64,000 nt of DNA from an uncultured Verrucomicrobiae bacterium (GCA_963707025.1 CAVPOM010000018.1:64001-128000), one strand, 5' to 3'; shown: positions 52,176 to 62,796, numbered from the stretch's first letter. The notes: generated by a model not told the origin, from the letters alone. Translations and numbers: made by a program.

Positions 52176-53270
52176 ACAGTACCTGTCCATAGCCCGGCAC
52201 GGCCATCAGATGTGACCCCGGATTATGCCCCTTCCCAAGAGAAGGACGAGATCGTGGTTTTCCAGTTGCCCGCCGATTCACCGACGGTGACAACCGAGGG
52301 AGTGCGCCGCATCGAAGCAGGTGGCGAATGAATCCAAAAACGGCAATTGAAGCAACCGCAGAGCACGCAAAGAGCGCAGAGAAAGAAACGTCAAGCGAGG
52401 CGCACCCCATATTTTGGTTCTATTTGATTGATGTGCGTCACGTAAAAACAATGCCAAAACCAAAACGAACCAAACTATGGGTTGAGCCCTTTTCCATATA
52501 TGTCAGAGAACGTCAGTTCTAATGTGCTTTTTCACTTTACTACGTCCATGAGGAATCTGAAACGCATTCTCCGACACGGATTTTACCCTCGCTATTGCCC
52601 CGAATACACCCTCGACCCGGATGACCGAAGAGCCGCCGCCGCCGGGCTTTCGCCATTGCGTGCCGCCCCGATGGTGTGCTTCTGTGACTTGCCCCTGTCG
52701 TTAATTAACAAGCACCTTGCCGAATACGGCAATTTTGGAATTGGCGTTGACAAGGATTGGGGGCGCGAAAACGGCGCGGCGCCTGTCATTTACACACATC
52801 AAAATGCCCGGACTCTCCGGAGCATATCAGACCTTTCCTCCGAGGCATCCGAACTCACTACTTCGACGGCACGCAATCGCAGATCGCTTTTGCCTGCTTA
52901 TACAAAGCCTGTTACTGGGGCCGCATGGAGAAATAATAAGGTGGCCCCGAACGTGCGTTTTTATGATGAAAGAGAATGGCGATATGTACCGGACCTTCGC
53001 GAAGCCGGTTCAATATTCTTGCCTCGGTCTGATTATTGTAACATGTCAAAAATAAAAGCGCTTCATAAACGTCTCGCGTCGCGATATGCACTGCGCGTTC
53101 ACCCAGACTATATTAGCTATTTGATATTGCCAGATTTGTCCTCGATTTTTGCAGCTGACTCTATCAGGGATTTATCCTTACTCGTAACCGCGTGAGCTGG
53201 ACCCCTATTTTTAGACCACAGGTAAGTTTCGATTTTTGCCGGTTTGCTGTAGATAAGAAAGAGCAGACTT

Positions 53271-53561
53271 ATGAAAGCAAAACGGAAAAGACACAGTGCG
53301 GCCTTCAAGGCCAAAGTGGGATTCGAAGCCCTGGTGGGGCTGAAGACGGTCGCGCAATTGGCGCGAGAGTATGCGGTGCATCCGGCGCAGGTCACGCAGT
53401 GGCGGGCGACGATTCGGGATCACATGCCCGAATTGTTTGAGCCCGGGCAACCCCGCACGGAGGATCAGGAACAGTTGATTGCCCAACTGCATGAGAAGAT
53501 TGGCCAACTGACGGTGGACTTGGACTGGCTTAAAAAAAAGTCCAGGCAACTGGGGCTTTAA
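53271..53561 (+). CDS. IS3 OrfA
   Basis: RKRHSAAFKAKV, HTH and LHEKIGQL..DLDWLKKK; A8G slippery site at 53532-53540. Confidence 0.92.
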   Translation: MKAKRKRHSAAFKAKVGFEALVGLKTVAQLAREYAVHPAQVTQWRATIRDHMPELFEPGQPRTEDQEQLIAQLHEKIGQLTVDLDWLKKKSRQLGL

Positions 53562-54448
53562 CATGTTTAATCGCTCCCGATCCGCAGCTCAGCGTGCGGC
53601 GCCAGTGCGAGCTGCTGGCGGTGTGCCGTGGCAGTTATTATTACCAGTGCTGTCCGGAGACAGAGGAGAACCTGGCGCTGATGCGGCGGTTGGACCAGAT
53701 GCATTTGGACCACCCGGTTTATGGCAGCCGCAAACTGACCGTGCTGTTGCGCCGGGAGGGTTTGACCATCAATCGCAAACGGGTGGTGCGGCTGCTGCGG
53801 TTGATGGGGATCGAGGCGATTTACGCCAAGCCCAAGACGAGTCTGCGGGAGATGGGGCACCAGATTTATCCGTATCTGTTACGCAATTTGGCAGTGACGG
53901 GACCGGATCAGGTTTGGTGTTCGGACATTACGTATGTGCCTATGGCAACTGGGTTTATGTATTTGGTGGCGGTGATGGATTGGTGGAGTCGTTACGTGCT
54001 GGGATGGCGCTTGAGCAACACGTTGGAGGCGGACTTTTGTGTGGACGCTTGGGAGGCGGCGTTGCGGGCGGGGCGTCAGGCGCCGTTGATTTCCAATACC
54101 GACCAGGGATCGCAGTTCACCTCCCCGATGTTTATCGATGCGGTGGAATCGGCGGGGGTGGACGTGAGCATGGACGGACGGGGTCGCTGGATGGACAACC
54201 GGTTTATCGAGCGGCTGTGGCGGAGCGCCAAGTATGAGGACATTTATTTGCAAGACTATGGCGACGGGTTGGCGGCAGGGCGCGGACTGGGCCGGTGGTT
54301 TGACGGCTACAACCGGGAACGACCGCACCAGGCGTTGGGCTATGCGACGCCGGCGGACGCGTATTTTGATCCCGGCACGCATGGAGCCCAACCGGCCAAA
54401 TGGGAAGCGATGCAACCTGCCAGAGGCAGGAGCGATCGCAGCACTTGA
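53540..54448 (+). CDS. IS3 OrfB DDE transposase (-1 frame)
   Basis: YGSRK, WCSDITY, DQGSQF, DNRFIERLWRS.KYE and YNRERPHQAL; the frame is open from the slippery site. Confidence 0.93.
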   Translation, partial: VQATGALTCLIAPDPQLSVRRQCELLAVCRGSYYYQCCPETEENLALMRRLDQMHLDHPVYGSRKLTVLLRREGLTINRKRVVRLLRLMGIEAIYAKPKTSLREMGHQIYPYLLRNLAVTGPDQVWCSDITYVPMATGFMYLVAVMDWWSRYVLGWRLSNTLEADFCVDAWEAALRAGRQAPLISNTDQGSQFTSPMFIDAVESAGVDVSMDGRGRWMDNRFIERLWRSAKYEDIYLQDYGDGLAAGRGLGRWFDGYNRERPHQALGYATPADAYFDPGTHGAQPAKWEAMQPARGRSDRST

Positions 54449-55114
54449 CAGAGAGGCAGGCGGCAGGAAAAGGCTTGAAATCAGACCGCCTGCGGCGGTA
54501 GAGTTGAGAACCCTAAGAAAACGGAGAGGGAGGACGGGCAGTGCTCCGCATCGCTCGTTCTCTCTTTTCGAAAGGGTTTTGAAACACGGAATGAACAGTA
54601 GTCAACTACAATTAGTAATGACAGCAATCGGCAAAAGTCGCGCTTATTTCATGCGCTCCGTGGTCTAAAGGATGGGGTCCACCTCAGCACTCACGAAACA
54701 GTCAGATCCATTGTCCGTATTTCTCTGGAACGCATTTCCCGCTCATGACAAAGAAGTTCTTACGCGGTTTCACCCTTCGGCACCAAACGCCAATCGCACT
54801 AAAGAGGCTATTTTGCGAACTCTTAATGAGGTAATTGGAAAATGGCGCCTCTACGACCGTGCTCGATTCAAAGGTATCTCGCTGCGGCGCGAAACGAGGA
54901 GGCTTTTGGAGAAGGAAGAGGCAGCCGCCACCTTGCCTCGGCTCAATCGCCTCCTCCTTGAAGACGCGTATCCATCGGCATTCTGCCGGGACCTTGACGA
55001 GGAGAGGAATATTCTCGAACTGGCACAGTTCATTCAACGGCGTTATAAGCGCCTGCGAGATAAGATCTTAGTATCAACTACGATCATGACGATTGATTGC
55101 ATACACGAGGATGT

Positions 55115-55744
55115 TTGAGCACATGCCACAAAGATAAGGACAGTCCCAAGTCCTTACGAGACCCTTTGGTTAATGAGGAGAGACGTTGGGGTCTCCGGGA
55201 GCCGCATGTCGCTCAGCTTACCGCGTTTGTCGAGAAGCTACGGCGTCGCACTGGCTACGGCGATTTGATCCCGTATTTCGATCCTTTCGACGGTGGTACG
55301 CGCGCACTGTGTTTGTTTCTATTTGAGGCTCCTGGCCCGAAAGCTGTAGAAAGCGGCTTTATCTCGCGAAACAATCCGGACGAAACTGCGAGGAACTTCT
55401 TCATCCTCAATGAGGAAGTTAGGCTGGCCCGTTCCCTCACCGTTTCCTGGAATATCGTGCCCTGGTATGTGGGGTCGGGTTCGCGTATTACGCCGGCGAC
55501 CACTGAGGACGTTATCCGCGGCGTCTCGCATCTAGTTCAGCTGATAAGGATGCTGCCTCACCTCCGGGCTGTCGTCTTGGCTGGAAGAAAGGCCGAGCGA
55601 GCGAAGGGCTTCCTGGAAAAGAATTTTCCACCCATTCGTCTTTTCACGATGCCGCACCCTAGTCCTCAATTTGTTGACAGAAATCGTAGCAACCGGCGAA
55701 AAATAGTGAAAGTCCTGCGTCAGATCACAAACTATCTCACGTAG
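55115..55744 (+). CDS. Uracil-DNA glycosylase superfamily protein
   Basis: FEAPGP (motif A-like), SGFIS, WNIVPW, VVLAG and HPSP (motif B). Start codon uncertain. Confidence 0.82.
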   Translation: MSTCHKDKDSPKSLRDPLVNEERRWGLREPHVAQLTAFVEKLRRRTGYGDLIPYFDPFDGGTRALCLFLFEAPGPKAVESGFISRNNPDETARNFFILNEEVRLARSLTVSWNIVPWYVGSGSRITPATTEDVIRGVSHLVQLIRMLPHLRAVVLAGRKAERAKGFLEKNFPPIRLFTMPHPSPQFVDRNRSNRRKIVKVLRQITNYLT

Positions 55745-55951
55745 TCAATTGGTTGCGGATTGTCGTCGATCATTTGGAAGCATTTTTGCGAGGCGCGGTT
55801 GCGGTTTTGATCTTTTGGAAAAGAAAAGGGTCAACCCATAGCTGGGTTCGTTTGGCATGAGTTCTAAAAACGGTCTTGTCATGGTATTGTAATATAATTC
55901 ATTCCAAACTTGCGGAGTTGGGTGTCGCCGTCGCGCGTCAGCCGCATGCGA

Positions 55952-57538
55952 TCAAACAGCGCGGCCGTTCCAGTATCTATAATTGACGTTTGGGAAAAGG
56001 TTGTCGGTCCACTCCAGGCCCGACAGCCAGGACTCGTCAATCTCATGCCGGTGAAGCTGATCATGGAGGGCGAGGAAGCAGCGGAGGTGCTCCTTGACGC
56101 GCACGGCGGCGTAATCGGGGCTGGTGCCGGTGTGGAGGATGAAGGGCCAGTCGCTGGACTGGGCGAGCAGCAGTTCGCGGGCGGCTTGTTTCAAGGCGCG
56201 CTCCAGCAGGCCGCCGGCGTTGGGAAATTTTTGGGCCAGATCGGCCATGCGGGCTTGGGCGGCCCGCAAATGCGGATAGATCCACTGGTTGCTCTCGTTG
56301 AGCCAGACCCGCCAATAGCCCTCCTCACCCCAACTGGAGGCCCCGGGCATGGCCACCTGATGGGTGGCGTGCAAGCGCAGATATTCACCGGGCGTCTGGA
56401 GCCGGAACAACTGCTGGTCGCAAGCGGCCTTGCGCACGAAGAAATTCAAAAACTCCGGCCCTTCATGCCACCAGTGGCCGAACAATTCCGCATCGTAGGG
56501 CGCGACCACGATGGGCGGGCGGTCCATCACCGCCCCCAGCTTGGCGAATTGCTCCATGCGCGACCGGAGAAAATGGCCGGCGTGTTCATCGGCCGCGCCC
56601 AGGGCCGCCGCGCGATCATACACCTGCTTCTCTGCCGTCGGGCCGGTGATGCGGTGGTATTTAATCCCGGTGAATCCCCGCGCGTCCGGCACCGGCAAAT
56701 AAGGTTTGACATAATCGAAATCCAGGTCAAAGCCGATGTCCCGGTAAAAATCGCGATAGCGGTAATCGCCCGGATAACCTTCTTGTTTGCTCCAGACTTG
56801 TTTGGCGGATTCAAAATCGCGTCCGAAGGCCGCCACGCCGTTGGGCGTATAGACCGGGGCATACACGCCGTAACGGGGCCGCGGCCGGGCGTGCAGGAGG
56901 CCGTGGGTGTCGGTGACGAACCAGCGGATGTTGGCTTCCTGCAACACCTTTTCGACCCCTTCCACGAAGGCGCATTCCGGCAGCCAGATGCCTTGCGGAT
57001 CGCGCCCAAAGCATTCCCGGTAATCGTCCCGGGCCACCAGGATTTGCGCGCGCAGCGAGGGCGGATCATCCGCCAGCAAGGGGAGCAGCGCGTGGGTGGC
57101 GGCGCAGGTGGCGATTTCCAAGACGCCCTGTTCCTGAAACTCCCGCAACGGGCGCAGCAAATTGCGCCCATGAGCGGCATACGTGTCGCGAATGTCGCTC
57201 AGGCGATGGTGATACATCCAGGCCAGTTCCCGAAAGGCCCGGTCCCAGTGGGTGCGATGGATTTCCTTTTCCGCCAGTTCGATCAGGCCGTTGAGATGCC
57301 GCCCATACCGCTCCTGCAGTTGCTGGTCCTGCAACATGGCGCAGAGCGTCGGGGACAGGGACAGGGTGAGGCGGGCGCCAATGCCGTCGGCCAGCCAGCC
57401 GTCCATAATTTGGACCAGGGGTATGTAAGTCTCGGTGATCGCCTCAAAAAGCCAGTTCTCCTCCAGAAATTTCTCGTGCTCCGGGTGACGCACAAAAGGC
57501 AGATGCGCGTGCAACAGGAGGGCAAAGTGGCCTTGCAT
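55952..57538 (-). CDS. GH57 1,4-alpha-glucan branching enzyme (DUF1957)
   Basis: LHAHLPFV, ETYIP, WLPEC, YDAELFGHWW.EG and AQSSDW. Confidence 0.93.
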   Translation of the reverse strand: MQGHFALLLHAHLPFVRHPEHEKFLEENWLFEAITETYIPLVQIMDGWLADGIGARLTLSLSPTLCAMLQDQQLQERYGRHLNGLIELAEKEIHRTHWDRAFRELAWMYHHRLSDIRDTYAAHGRNLLRPLREFQEQGVLEIATCAATHALLPLLADDPPSLRAQILVARDDYRECFGRDPQGIWLPECAFVEGVEKVLQEANIRWFVTDTHGLLHARPRPRYGVYAPVYTPNGVAAFGRDFESAKQVWSKQEGYPGDYRYRDFYRDIGFDLDFDYVKPYLPVPDARGFTGIKYHRITGPTAEKQVYDRAAALGAADEHAGHFLRSRMEQFAKLGAVMDRPPIVVAPYDAELFGHWWHEGPEFLNFFVRKAACDQQLFRLQTPGEYLRLHATHQVAMPGASSWGEEGYWRVWLNESNQWIYPHLRAAQARMADLAQKFPNAGGLLERALKQAARELLLAQSSDWPFILHTGTSPDYAAVRVKEHLRCFLALHDQLHRHEIDESWLSGLEWTDNLFPNVNYRYWNGRAV

Positions 57539-57553
57539 TGGAACCCGGGACCG

Positions 57554-59014
57554 TCATCCCACGGCGCTGACCGACGGCGGTTGCAGCTTTTCATCCTGCG
57601 GATGCGCCGCGACTCCCCCTTGGTACTGGCTGGCCCGGCTGAACTGCAATTCCGCCTGGCGCCCTTCCTCGCCATCCGCCGAGCGCGCCGCCACCGGCAG
57701 CTCATATTGGCCGTCGGGCAGGGCGAAGCGGAAACTGAAACTCCCGTCCCGCCGCAACTGGATCGGCCGCCCTCCGATGGTGACGCTCGCATCCGGTTCC
57801 GTGGCACCATAAACGATCAATTCGGCGTTGACGTTGAACCAAAAACTCCGCCGCTGTTCCGGCCGCGCGGACGGACTGGAGACGCCGCCAAACGCCGCCG
57901 CCGGAGAGGCCGGCCCGCCCAATTGCGCCGCGCCGATGGAGGAAACTTCCTGCGCCAGCTGGCGGCGGATCAACTCCGTCACTTCCAGCGAGCCGATCCA
58001 AATCCGGCGCGCCTGGTCAAGCATAACGATTTCGGCGAGGGCTTTTTCCTGGGCCGGCGCCCAGGGGCCGGCGATCTGCTCCGGCTCCGGCAGGCTGGAA
58101 AAACCTTCGGCGCGCAACTGCTGCACGGCCTCCGCCAGCGGCACATGTTCGCGCACCGCCGCCTGCACCGAGGAGAGCAACTGCGCGAAAGGCACGTCGG
58201 CCGGAATGGTGGCAAAGCGAACGCCGGTGTCATCCGCCACCGAATCCGGCGGCGTCAGGGTGGCGGCGGAACGGGCCAGTTCGGTCCATTGTTTCGTCGC
58301 GTCGTAATAGCCCAGGGTGGCCACGTATTTGGCGCCAGCATGGGGCGCCGGCACAAACCAGTGCCGCGATTCTGGATGCAGATGAATCTGCAAGAGCGGC
58401 TGGCCGGCGGGGGTGTCGCGATACAGCCGCAGCAATAGATGCCCGTCGGCGGAGCGGGCATTGCATTTTTTTAATTCCCCGGCGGTGAAATCCCAGTGCG
58501 CGTAAAGCCAGCGCGGATCGCGCGCCGCCAAAAACAGTTGTTGCGTGCCGTAGGATTCCGGCAAATCCACCCCCGCAGGCGCAGGATGAACCGGCGGAGT
58601 CGGCCCCAGCACATAACGCCGTCCCGGGCCGCTCGCCCGCGAGGGCGCGGCCTCATCCCCTTCCAGCAGAATTGGCGGTATCTTTAAGCGGGCCGGCTTG
58701 GCAGATTTTTTGGGGTTGACGGCGGAAGGGCCTGCCGCCTTGGCCGGGCCGGCCGCAGCCGCCTTTTGGAGTGCGGGCGCTTGCTCCCGCTTCAGGGCGG
58801 AGCCAGCCTTGGCCGGAGCCCTCGGAGCAGGGGCGGCTTTGGCCGGGGCCGTCGGAGCAGGGGCCGCTTTGGCCGCGACAACGGCAGCCAAAGCGGCGGC
58901 GGGGGCGGAAGGCGCCTTTTTACGGGATTTGGTCGCGGGTGGCGGGGTGAAAATGGCGGCCTTGGCGGCTTTGGCCTTTGCTTTGGGCGGCGGAACCGGC
59001 TTTTTTGATTTCAT
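57554..59014 (-). CDS. DUF4912 domain protein with a Lys/Ala/Pro-rich N-terminus
   Basis: LPESYG..L.LAARDPRWLYAHWD, LARS and FWFNVNAELIVYGATEP. Confidence 0.88.
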   Translation of the reverse strand: MKSKKPVPPPKAKAKAAKAAIFTPPPATKSRKKAPSAPAAALAAVVAAKAAPAPTAPAKAAPAPRAPAKAGSALKREQAPALQKAAAAGPAKAAGPSAVNPKKSAKPARLKIPPILLEGDEAAPSRASGPGRRYVLGPTPPVHPAPAGVDLPESYGTQQLFLAARDPRWLYAHWDFTAGELKKCNARSADGHLLLRLYRDTPAGQPLLQIHLHPESRHWFVPAPHAGAKYVATLGYYDATKQWTELARSAATLTPPDSVADDTGVRFATIPADVPFAQLLSSVQAAVREHVPLAEAVQQLRAEGFSSLPEPEQIAGPWAPAQEKALAEIVMLDQARRIWIGSLEVTELIRRQLAQEVSSIGAAQLGGPASPAAAFGGVSSPSARPEQRRSFWFNVNAELIVYGATEPDASVTIGGRPIQLRRDGSFSFRFALPDGQYELPVAARSADGEEGRQAELQFSRASQYQGGVAAHPQDEKLQPPSVSAVG

Positions 59015-59168
59015 AAATGATGGCGTGCGGGAAGCTTGTCATAAAACTGCAACCATTATCGCCGAGGCTCTCCCGGCCCGCAACCAGAAAGTTCCTTGAC
59101 TCCCCATGAACCTGCTTGCCAAGAACAATCGCCGGCCTTTAAATGCGTGTTGTCCGGTCAACAAAGCT

Positions 59169-59579
59169 ATGAGCCAAAGCAATGCCGCGCCATCTTCCGC
59201 CGAAAGCGGCGCCCCGTCTCTCATTTTCGTCGTGGACGACTCCGCGATGCTGGTGGAGTTTGCCGCCATGGTCCTGCAATCGGCCGGCTACGCGGTCAAA
59301 TCCTTCACCGAACCCCGCCACCTCCTTAAGGCGCTGGGGGAGAGCGCGCGCCCGCCCTCGCTGCTGGTGACCGATTACGACATGGGGTCGCATTCCATGA
59401 ACGGATTGGATTTGATTGTCAACTGCCACAAAATTCATCCCTCCATGAAAACCATCCTGGCCAGCGGCACGGTGGATGGATCGGTCACTCTGAATCACGC
59501 GGCCAAGGTGGACCGGTTTTTGAGCAAGCCCTATCCCCCGGCTCAACTCAAGGCGATGGTGGCCGAGTTGTTGAAATAA
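59169..59579 (+). CDS. Single-domain response regulator
   Basis: FVVDD, VTDYDM, ASG and FLSKPY. Confidence 0.85.
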   Translation: MSQSNAAPSSAESGAPSLIFVVDDSAMLVEFAAMVLQSAGYAVKSFTEPRHLLKALGESARPPSLLVTDYDMGSHSMNGLDLIVNCHKIHPSMKTILASGTVDGSVTLNHAAKVDRFLSKPYPPAQLKAMVAELLK

Positions 59580-59741
59580 AAGGGCGGCGGCCGCAGGGAG
59601 GAGGGCGGATTGGAAATCCCGGAGCGAAAGGGGATCATGGTCCGATCCTACATCCGCGCCGGGGTGGCGTCGCGCCCATTTGTTCTTTCGGACATTCCGC
59701 CTTGAATTTTTTGGGCGGGAAACCTATCCTGGCAGCCGGCT

Positions 59742-59818
59742 GGTGGCTATAGCTCAATTGGTAGAGTCCAAGCTTGTGGAGCTTGTTGTTGCGGGTTCGA
59801 ATCCCGTTGGCCACCCCA
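59742..59818 (+). tRNA. tRNA-His(GTG)
   Basis: G-1, GTGGCTATAGCTCAATTGG...CAAGC-TTGTGGA-GCTTG...GTTCGAATC...GCCACCCCA. Confidence 0.96.
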
Positions 59819-59926
59819 CTTTCTTTGCCGGGCCTTTGTCATACGTCCGGGGATGGAAAAGAATGTTGGTTTGACGGCGCAGCCGAAGGCCGCCCCTCGC
59901 GGCGGCTTCCGTGGCGTTCCTGGGCA

Positions 59927-60955
59927 TCAGCCAAGCAGCCGCGAGACCAGCAACTCGCAAAAGCCATCCAGGTTCTTCCAGGCCGTGGCTGCGGTCACAG
60001 GGTCTCCTTTTTCATCAATCCGGCTGAACCCGTCATCTGAAATCCGAACCCCCAGCCTTTCCATCCGGCAGAAATCCCGGGCAAAGGCGAGATACACCGC
60101 CACGGTGTCAAACAGCACACTGGAATGACTTTGGGCGGCCGTGTCCTGATTGTTGTTTGCCCTGGACCAGAGCCGGTAGTTTTCGATTATCGTCGCGGCC
60201 ACCGGGTCCTTTGAATCGCGAAGCCGGCGATAGCGCTCGCCCTCCAGTCTGACCAGGCCGCAGGTGTCCAGCGGTGTGATCGTCTTCTCCCAGGGCGCGG
60301 CCAAGACGGCCTGGCAAGCCTTGGCGTCGGCCTTGACGTTCCATTCCGCTGAAACGGTCTTGCTGCCATTGTAGCCGGCGCGCAGACTGCCGCACATTCC
60401 GACGAAGCGCGCCCGTCCGGCCATTTGCGGGTCCCGCGCCAGGGCGGCGGCCAGGTTGGGCATCGGCGCAATGCAAATCACCGTGACCGGCTGGCGGGAT
60501 TGGTTGATGGTCTCAATGATGGCCTGCGCCCCGTCGCGATGCACCTTGCCAGGGTAGCTGTTCAAGTCGTAATTGCCAATCCAGCCCGCTTGCGCCCCTT
60601 CGCCTCGCGGATCGGCGTCGGCACCCAGACCGAGGGGAATATCCGGGCGACCCACCGTTTGCAGGAATTTTGCGATGAGCTTGGCGCGGTATTGCGTTTT
60701 GCCATATTCGCCGATCAGCAGCTTCAAATCCAGTTCCGGGCATCGCAACAAAAAGCCCAGCGCCCAGGTGTCGTCTATATCATCGCCAATATCCGTGGCG
60801 AGAATGACTGGAATGGCCTGGCGGGCCGGTGGCACCGCCGGCGGCGGCGAGGCCCGGACGCCGCACCGCCCTGCCATTTGCAATCCGGCCGCCCCGGCCA
60901 CGACCATCGTTTGCCGAAGAAAACGGCGGCGGCTGATGGCGGAGCGCTTTTTCAT
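59927..60955 (-). CDS. Nucleoside hydrolase family protein, Tat-exported
   Basis: SRRRFL, TDIGDDIDD, APMPNLA, EWN and LFD. Confidence 0.88.
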   Translation of the reverse strand: MKKRSAISRRRFLRQTMVVAGAAGLQMAGRCGVRASPPPAVPPARQAIPVILATDIGDDIDDTWALGFLLRCPELDLKLLIGEYGKTQYRAKLIAKFLQTVGRPDIPLGLGADADPRGEGAQAGWIGNYDLNSYPGKVHRDGAQAIIETINQSRQPVTVICIAPMPNLAAALARDPQMAGRARFVGMCGSLRAGYNGSKTVSAEWNVKADAKACQAVLAAPWEKTITPLDTCGLVRLEGERYRRLRDSKDPVAATIIENYRLWSRANNNQDTAAQSHSSVLFDTVAVYLAFARDFCRMERLGVRISDDGFSRIDEKGDPVTAATAWKNLDGFCELLVSRLLG

Positions 60956-61338
60956 AAGTTATGGCGCGGTGGCGTCGGAGAAAACATGTTCCGGACATTT
61001 CCCCACGGAATGCAAGATCAATCGGAGGGGGGCGCATCCCCGTTTTTGGCAGCGTCGGCGCGCTGCGCCTGGCGCGGCGTCCCTGGCTGGAAATTGTCTC
61101 AAAAGAGAGGTGCGCCCCTGTCGTGAACTATTAGAAAATTTTATTTGCAGGGGGATTCTTTCCTGAACTAAGATGCCTGCTCGCTTGGGGAGCGGGTTGG
61201 AGTGGATTTGTCGGCCCGAGGAAAACGGATGACCGGGGTGAATGTTGGAGGGCGGCAGTGTCGTCTAATCGGGCGGCAGGGTGAATCAATCAATCGGACG
61301 GGGTGGCGCGGAAAGCCCATCCCCAAGGATATAAATTT

Positions 61339-62778
61339 ATGCGAGGATCATTCAGAGTGATAATTGTGGCGGTGGCGGCGCTGGCGCTGGCGGGGGCGGC
61401 GGGGGCCTGGTTCTGGCACGCGCGGCATACCAACCGGCCTTTGTGGCGGACGGGCACGGTGCGGAAAGGAAACCTGACGGCGATGATCACGGCGACCGGC
61501 ACGGTGGAACCGGAGGAAGTGGTGGACGTGGGGGCGCAGGTCTCGGGGCAATTCCTGGAGTTTGGCAAGGACAAGAAGGGAAATCCCATTGATTATGGGT
61601 CGGTGGTGGAATCGAACATGCTCCTGGCCAGGATAGACCCCAGTTTGTTCAAGGCGGACGTGGCTTTGGACAAGGCGGTGTTGGCCTCCGACCAGGCCGG
61701 GGTGGCGCAGGCAGAGGCGAATGTGGAGCAAATGAAAGCCAAGGAGGCGGAGGCGGAGGCGGACTGGAAACGGGCGCAGGTCCTTGGCCCGTCGGAAGCG
61801 CTGGCGCCGACGACCTATGATTCCTACAAGGCGAATTATGAAATCGCCAAGGCAAACGTGAATCTGGCCATTGCGGCGGTGGATTCGGCCAAAGCGGCGA
61901 CCAACCAGGCGACAGCCACCCTTCAAAAGGCGCAACAGACGCTGGATTACTGCACGATCATCTCGCCGGTCAACGGGGTGATCATTGACCGCCGGGTCAA
62001 CATAGGAGAGACGGTGGCGTCGAGCTTGAACACGCCGAGTTTGTTTTTGATCGCCAAGGACCTGACACGCATCCAGGTTTGGGCCTCGGTCAATGAAGCG
62101 GACATCGGGAGCATCCACACCAACCAGGCTGTGACTTTTACGGTGGATGCTTTTCCCAACCGGACCTTCCACGGCAAAGTCAACAAGGTGCGGTTGAACG
62201 CGACCATGACGCAAAACGTGGTGACCTACACCGTGGAGGTGAACACGGACAATGCCGATGGCAAGCTATTGCCATACTTGACAGCCAATGTGAATTTTCT
62301 CACCGGCCAGGCGACCAACGTGCTGCTGGCCTGGAACTCGGCCTTGCGCTGGCACCCCCAGAAGGATTTGATCGCGCCGGCATTCCGCCAACCGGCCAAC
62401 GGGGCCGAGGCAGGCCCGGCGGGGGCCAGGGCGGCGGCCGAGCCGGGCGGGACCGACGGCCCCAGCGCGGCATCCGGCGGGAGCGGCCGCCAGGGAGGGG
62501 ACGCCCGCGGCAGCGGACAGGGGGTGGCGCCGGTGCAAATGGGAATGTTGTGGGCGGCGGAGGGAAATTTTGTGCGGCCCGTGCCGGTCAAACTGGGTTT
62601 GACCGATGGGACGTGGACGGAAGTGCAAGGAGAAGACCTGACCAAAGGCATGGTGGTGGTGACGGGCACCTTGAGCGTGGAAGCGGCGGCGGAGGAGGCG
62701 GCGGGAGCCAATCCGTTCATCCCGCAAATTGGCCGGCGGGGCGGGCCAGGCGGCGGCGGCGGCAGGCGGGGAGGCTGA
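61339..62778 (+). CDS. MacA-like periplasmic adaptor (membrane fusion protein)
   Basis: ATGTVEP..VDVGAQVSG, ISPVNG, VNEADIG and FTVDAFP. Confidence 0.92.
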   Translation: MRGSFRVIIVAVAALALAGAAGAWFWHARHTNRPLWRTGTVRKGNLTAMITATGTVEPEEVVDVGAQVSGQFLEFGKDKKGNPIDYGSVVESNMLLARIDPSLFKADVALDKAVLASDQAGVAQAEANVEQMKAKEAEAEADWKRAQVLGPSEALAPTTYDSYKANYEIAKANVNLAIAAVDSAKAATNQATATLQKAQQTLDYCTIISPVNGVIIDRRVNIGETVASSLNTPSLFLIAKDLTRIQVWASVNEADIGSIHTNQAVTFTVDAFPNRTFHGKVNKVRLNATMTQNVVTYTVEVNTDNADGKLLPYLTANVNFLTGQATNVLLAWNSALRWHPQKDLIAPAFRQPANGAEAGPAGARAAAEPGGTDGPSAASGGSGRQGGDARGSGQGVAPVQMGMLWAAEGNFVRPVPVKLGLTDGTWTEVQGEDLTKGMVVVTGTLSVEAAAEEAAGANPFIPQIGRRGGPGGGGGRRGG

Positions 62779-62796
62779 GAAGGGCAAAGCACGGTT

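Larger units (their letters stand above)
53193..54686 (+). mobile_element. IS3-family insertion sequence, 1494 bp
   Basis: TG...CA ends. IRL TGAGCTGGACCCCTATTTTTAGACCAC; IRR (reverse complement) TGAGGTGGACCCCATCCTTTAGACCAC. Flanks GCG/GCA. Confidence 0.93.
52500..55118 (+). pseudogene. AbiGi-family protein split by IS3 (parts 52500-53192 and 54687-55118)
   Basis: LFHFT, GFYPRYCPE, PMVCFCDLPL, YGNFGIG, PVIY and FYDEREWRY; the frames rejoin as VTALTKQ when the IS is removed. Confidence 0.8.

Noticed and set aside
58730..58990. Repeats encoding APAKAAPAP in the DUF4912 gene
   Set aside because: Ordinary low-complexity linker in coding sequence.
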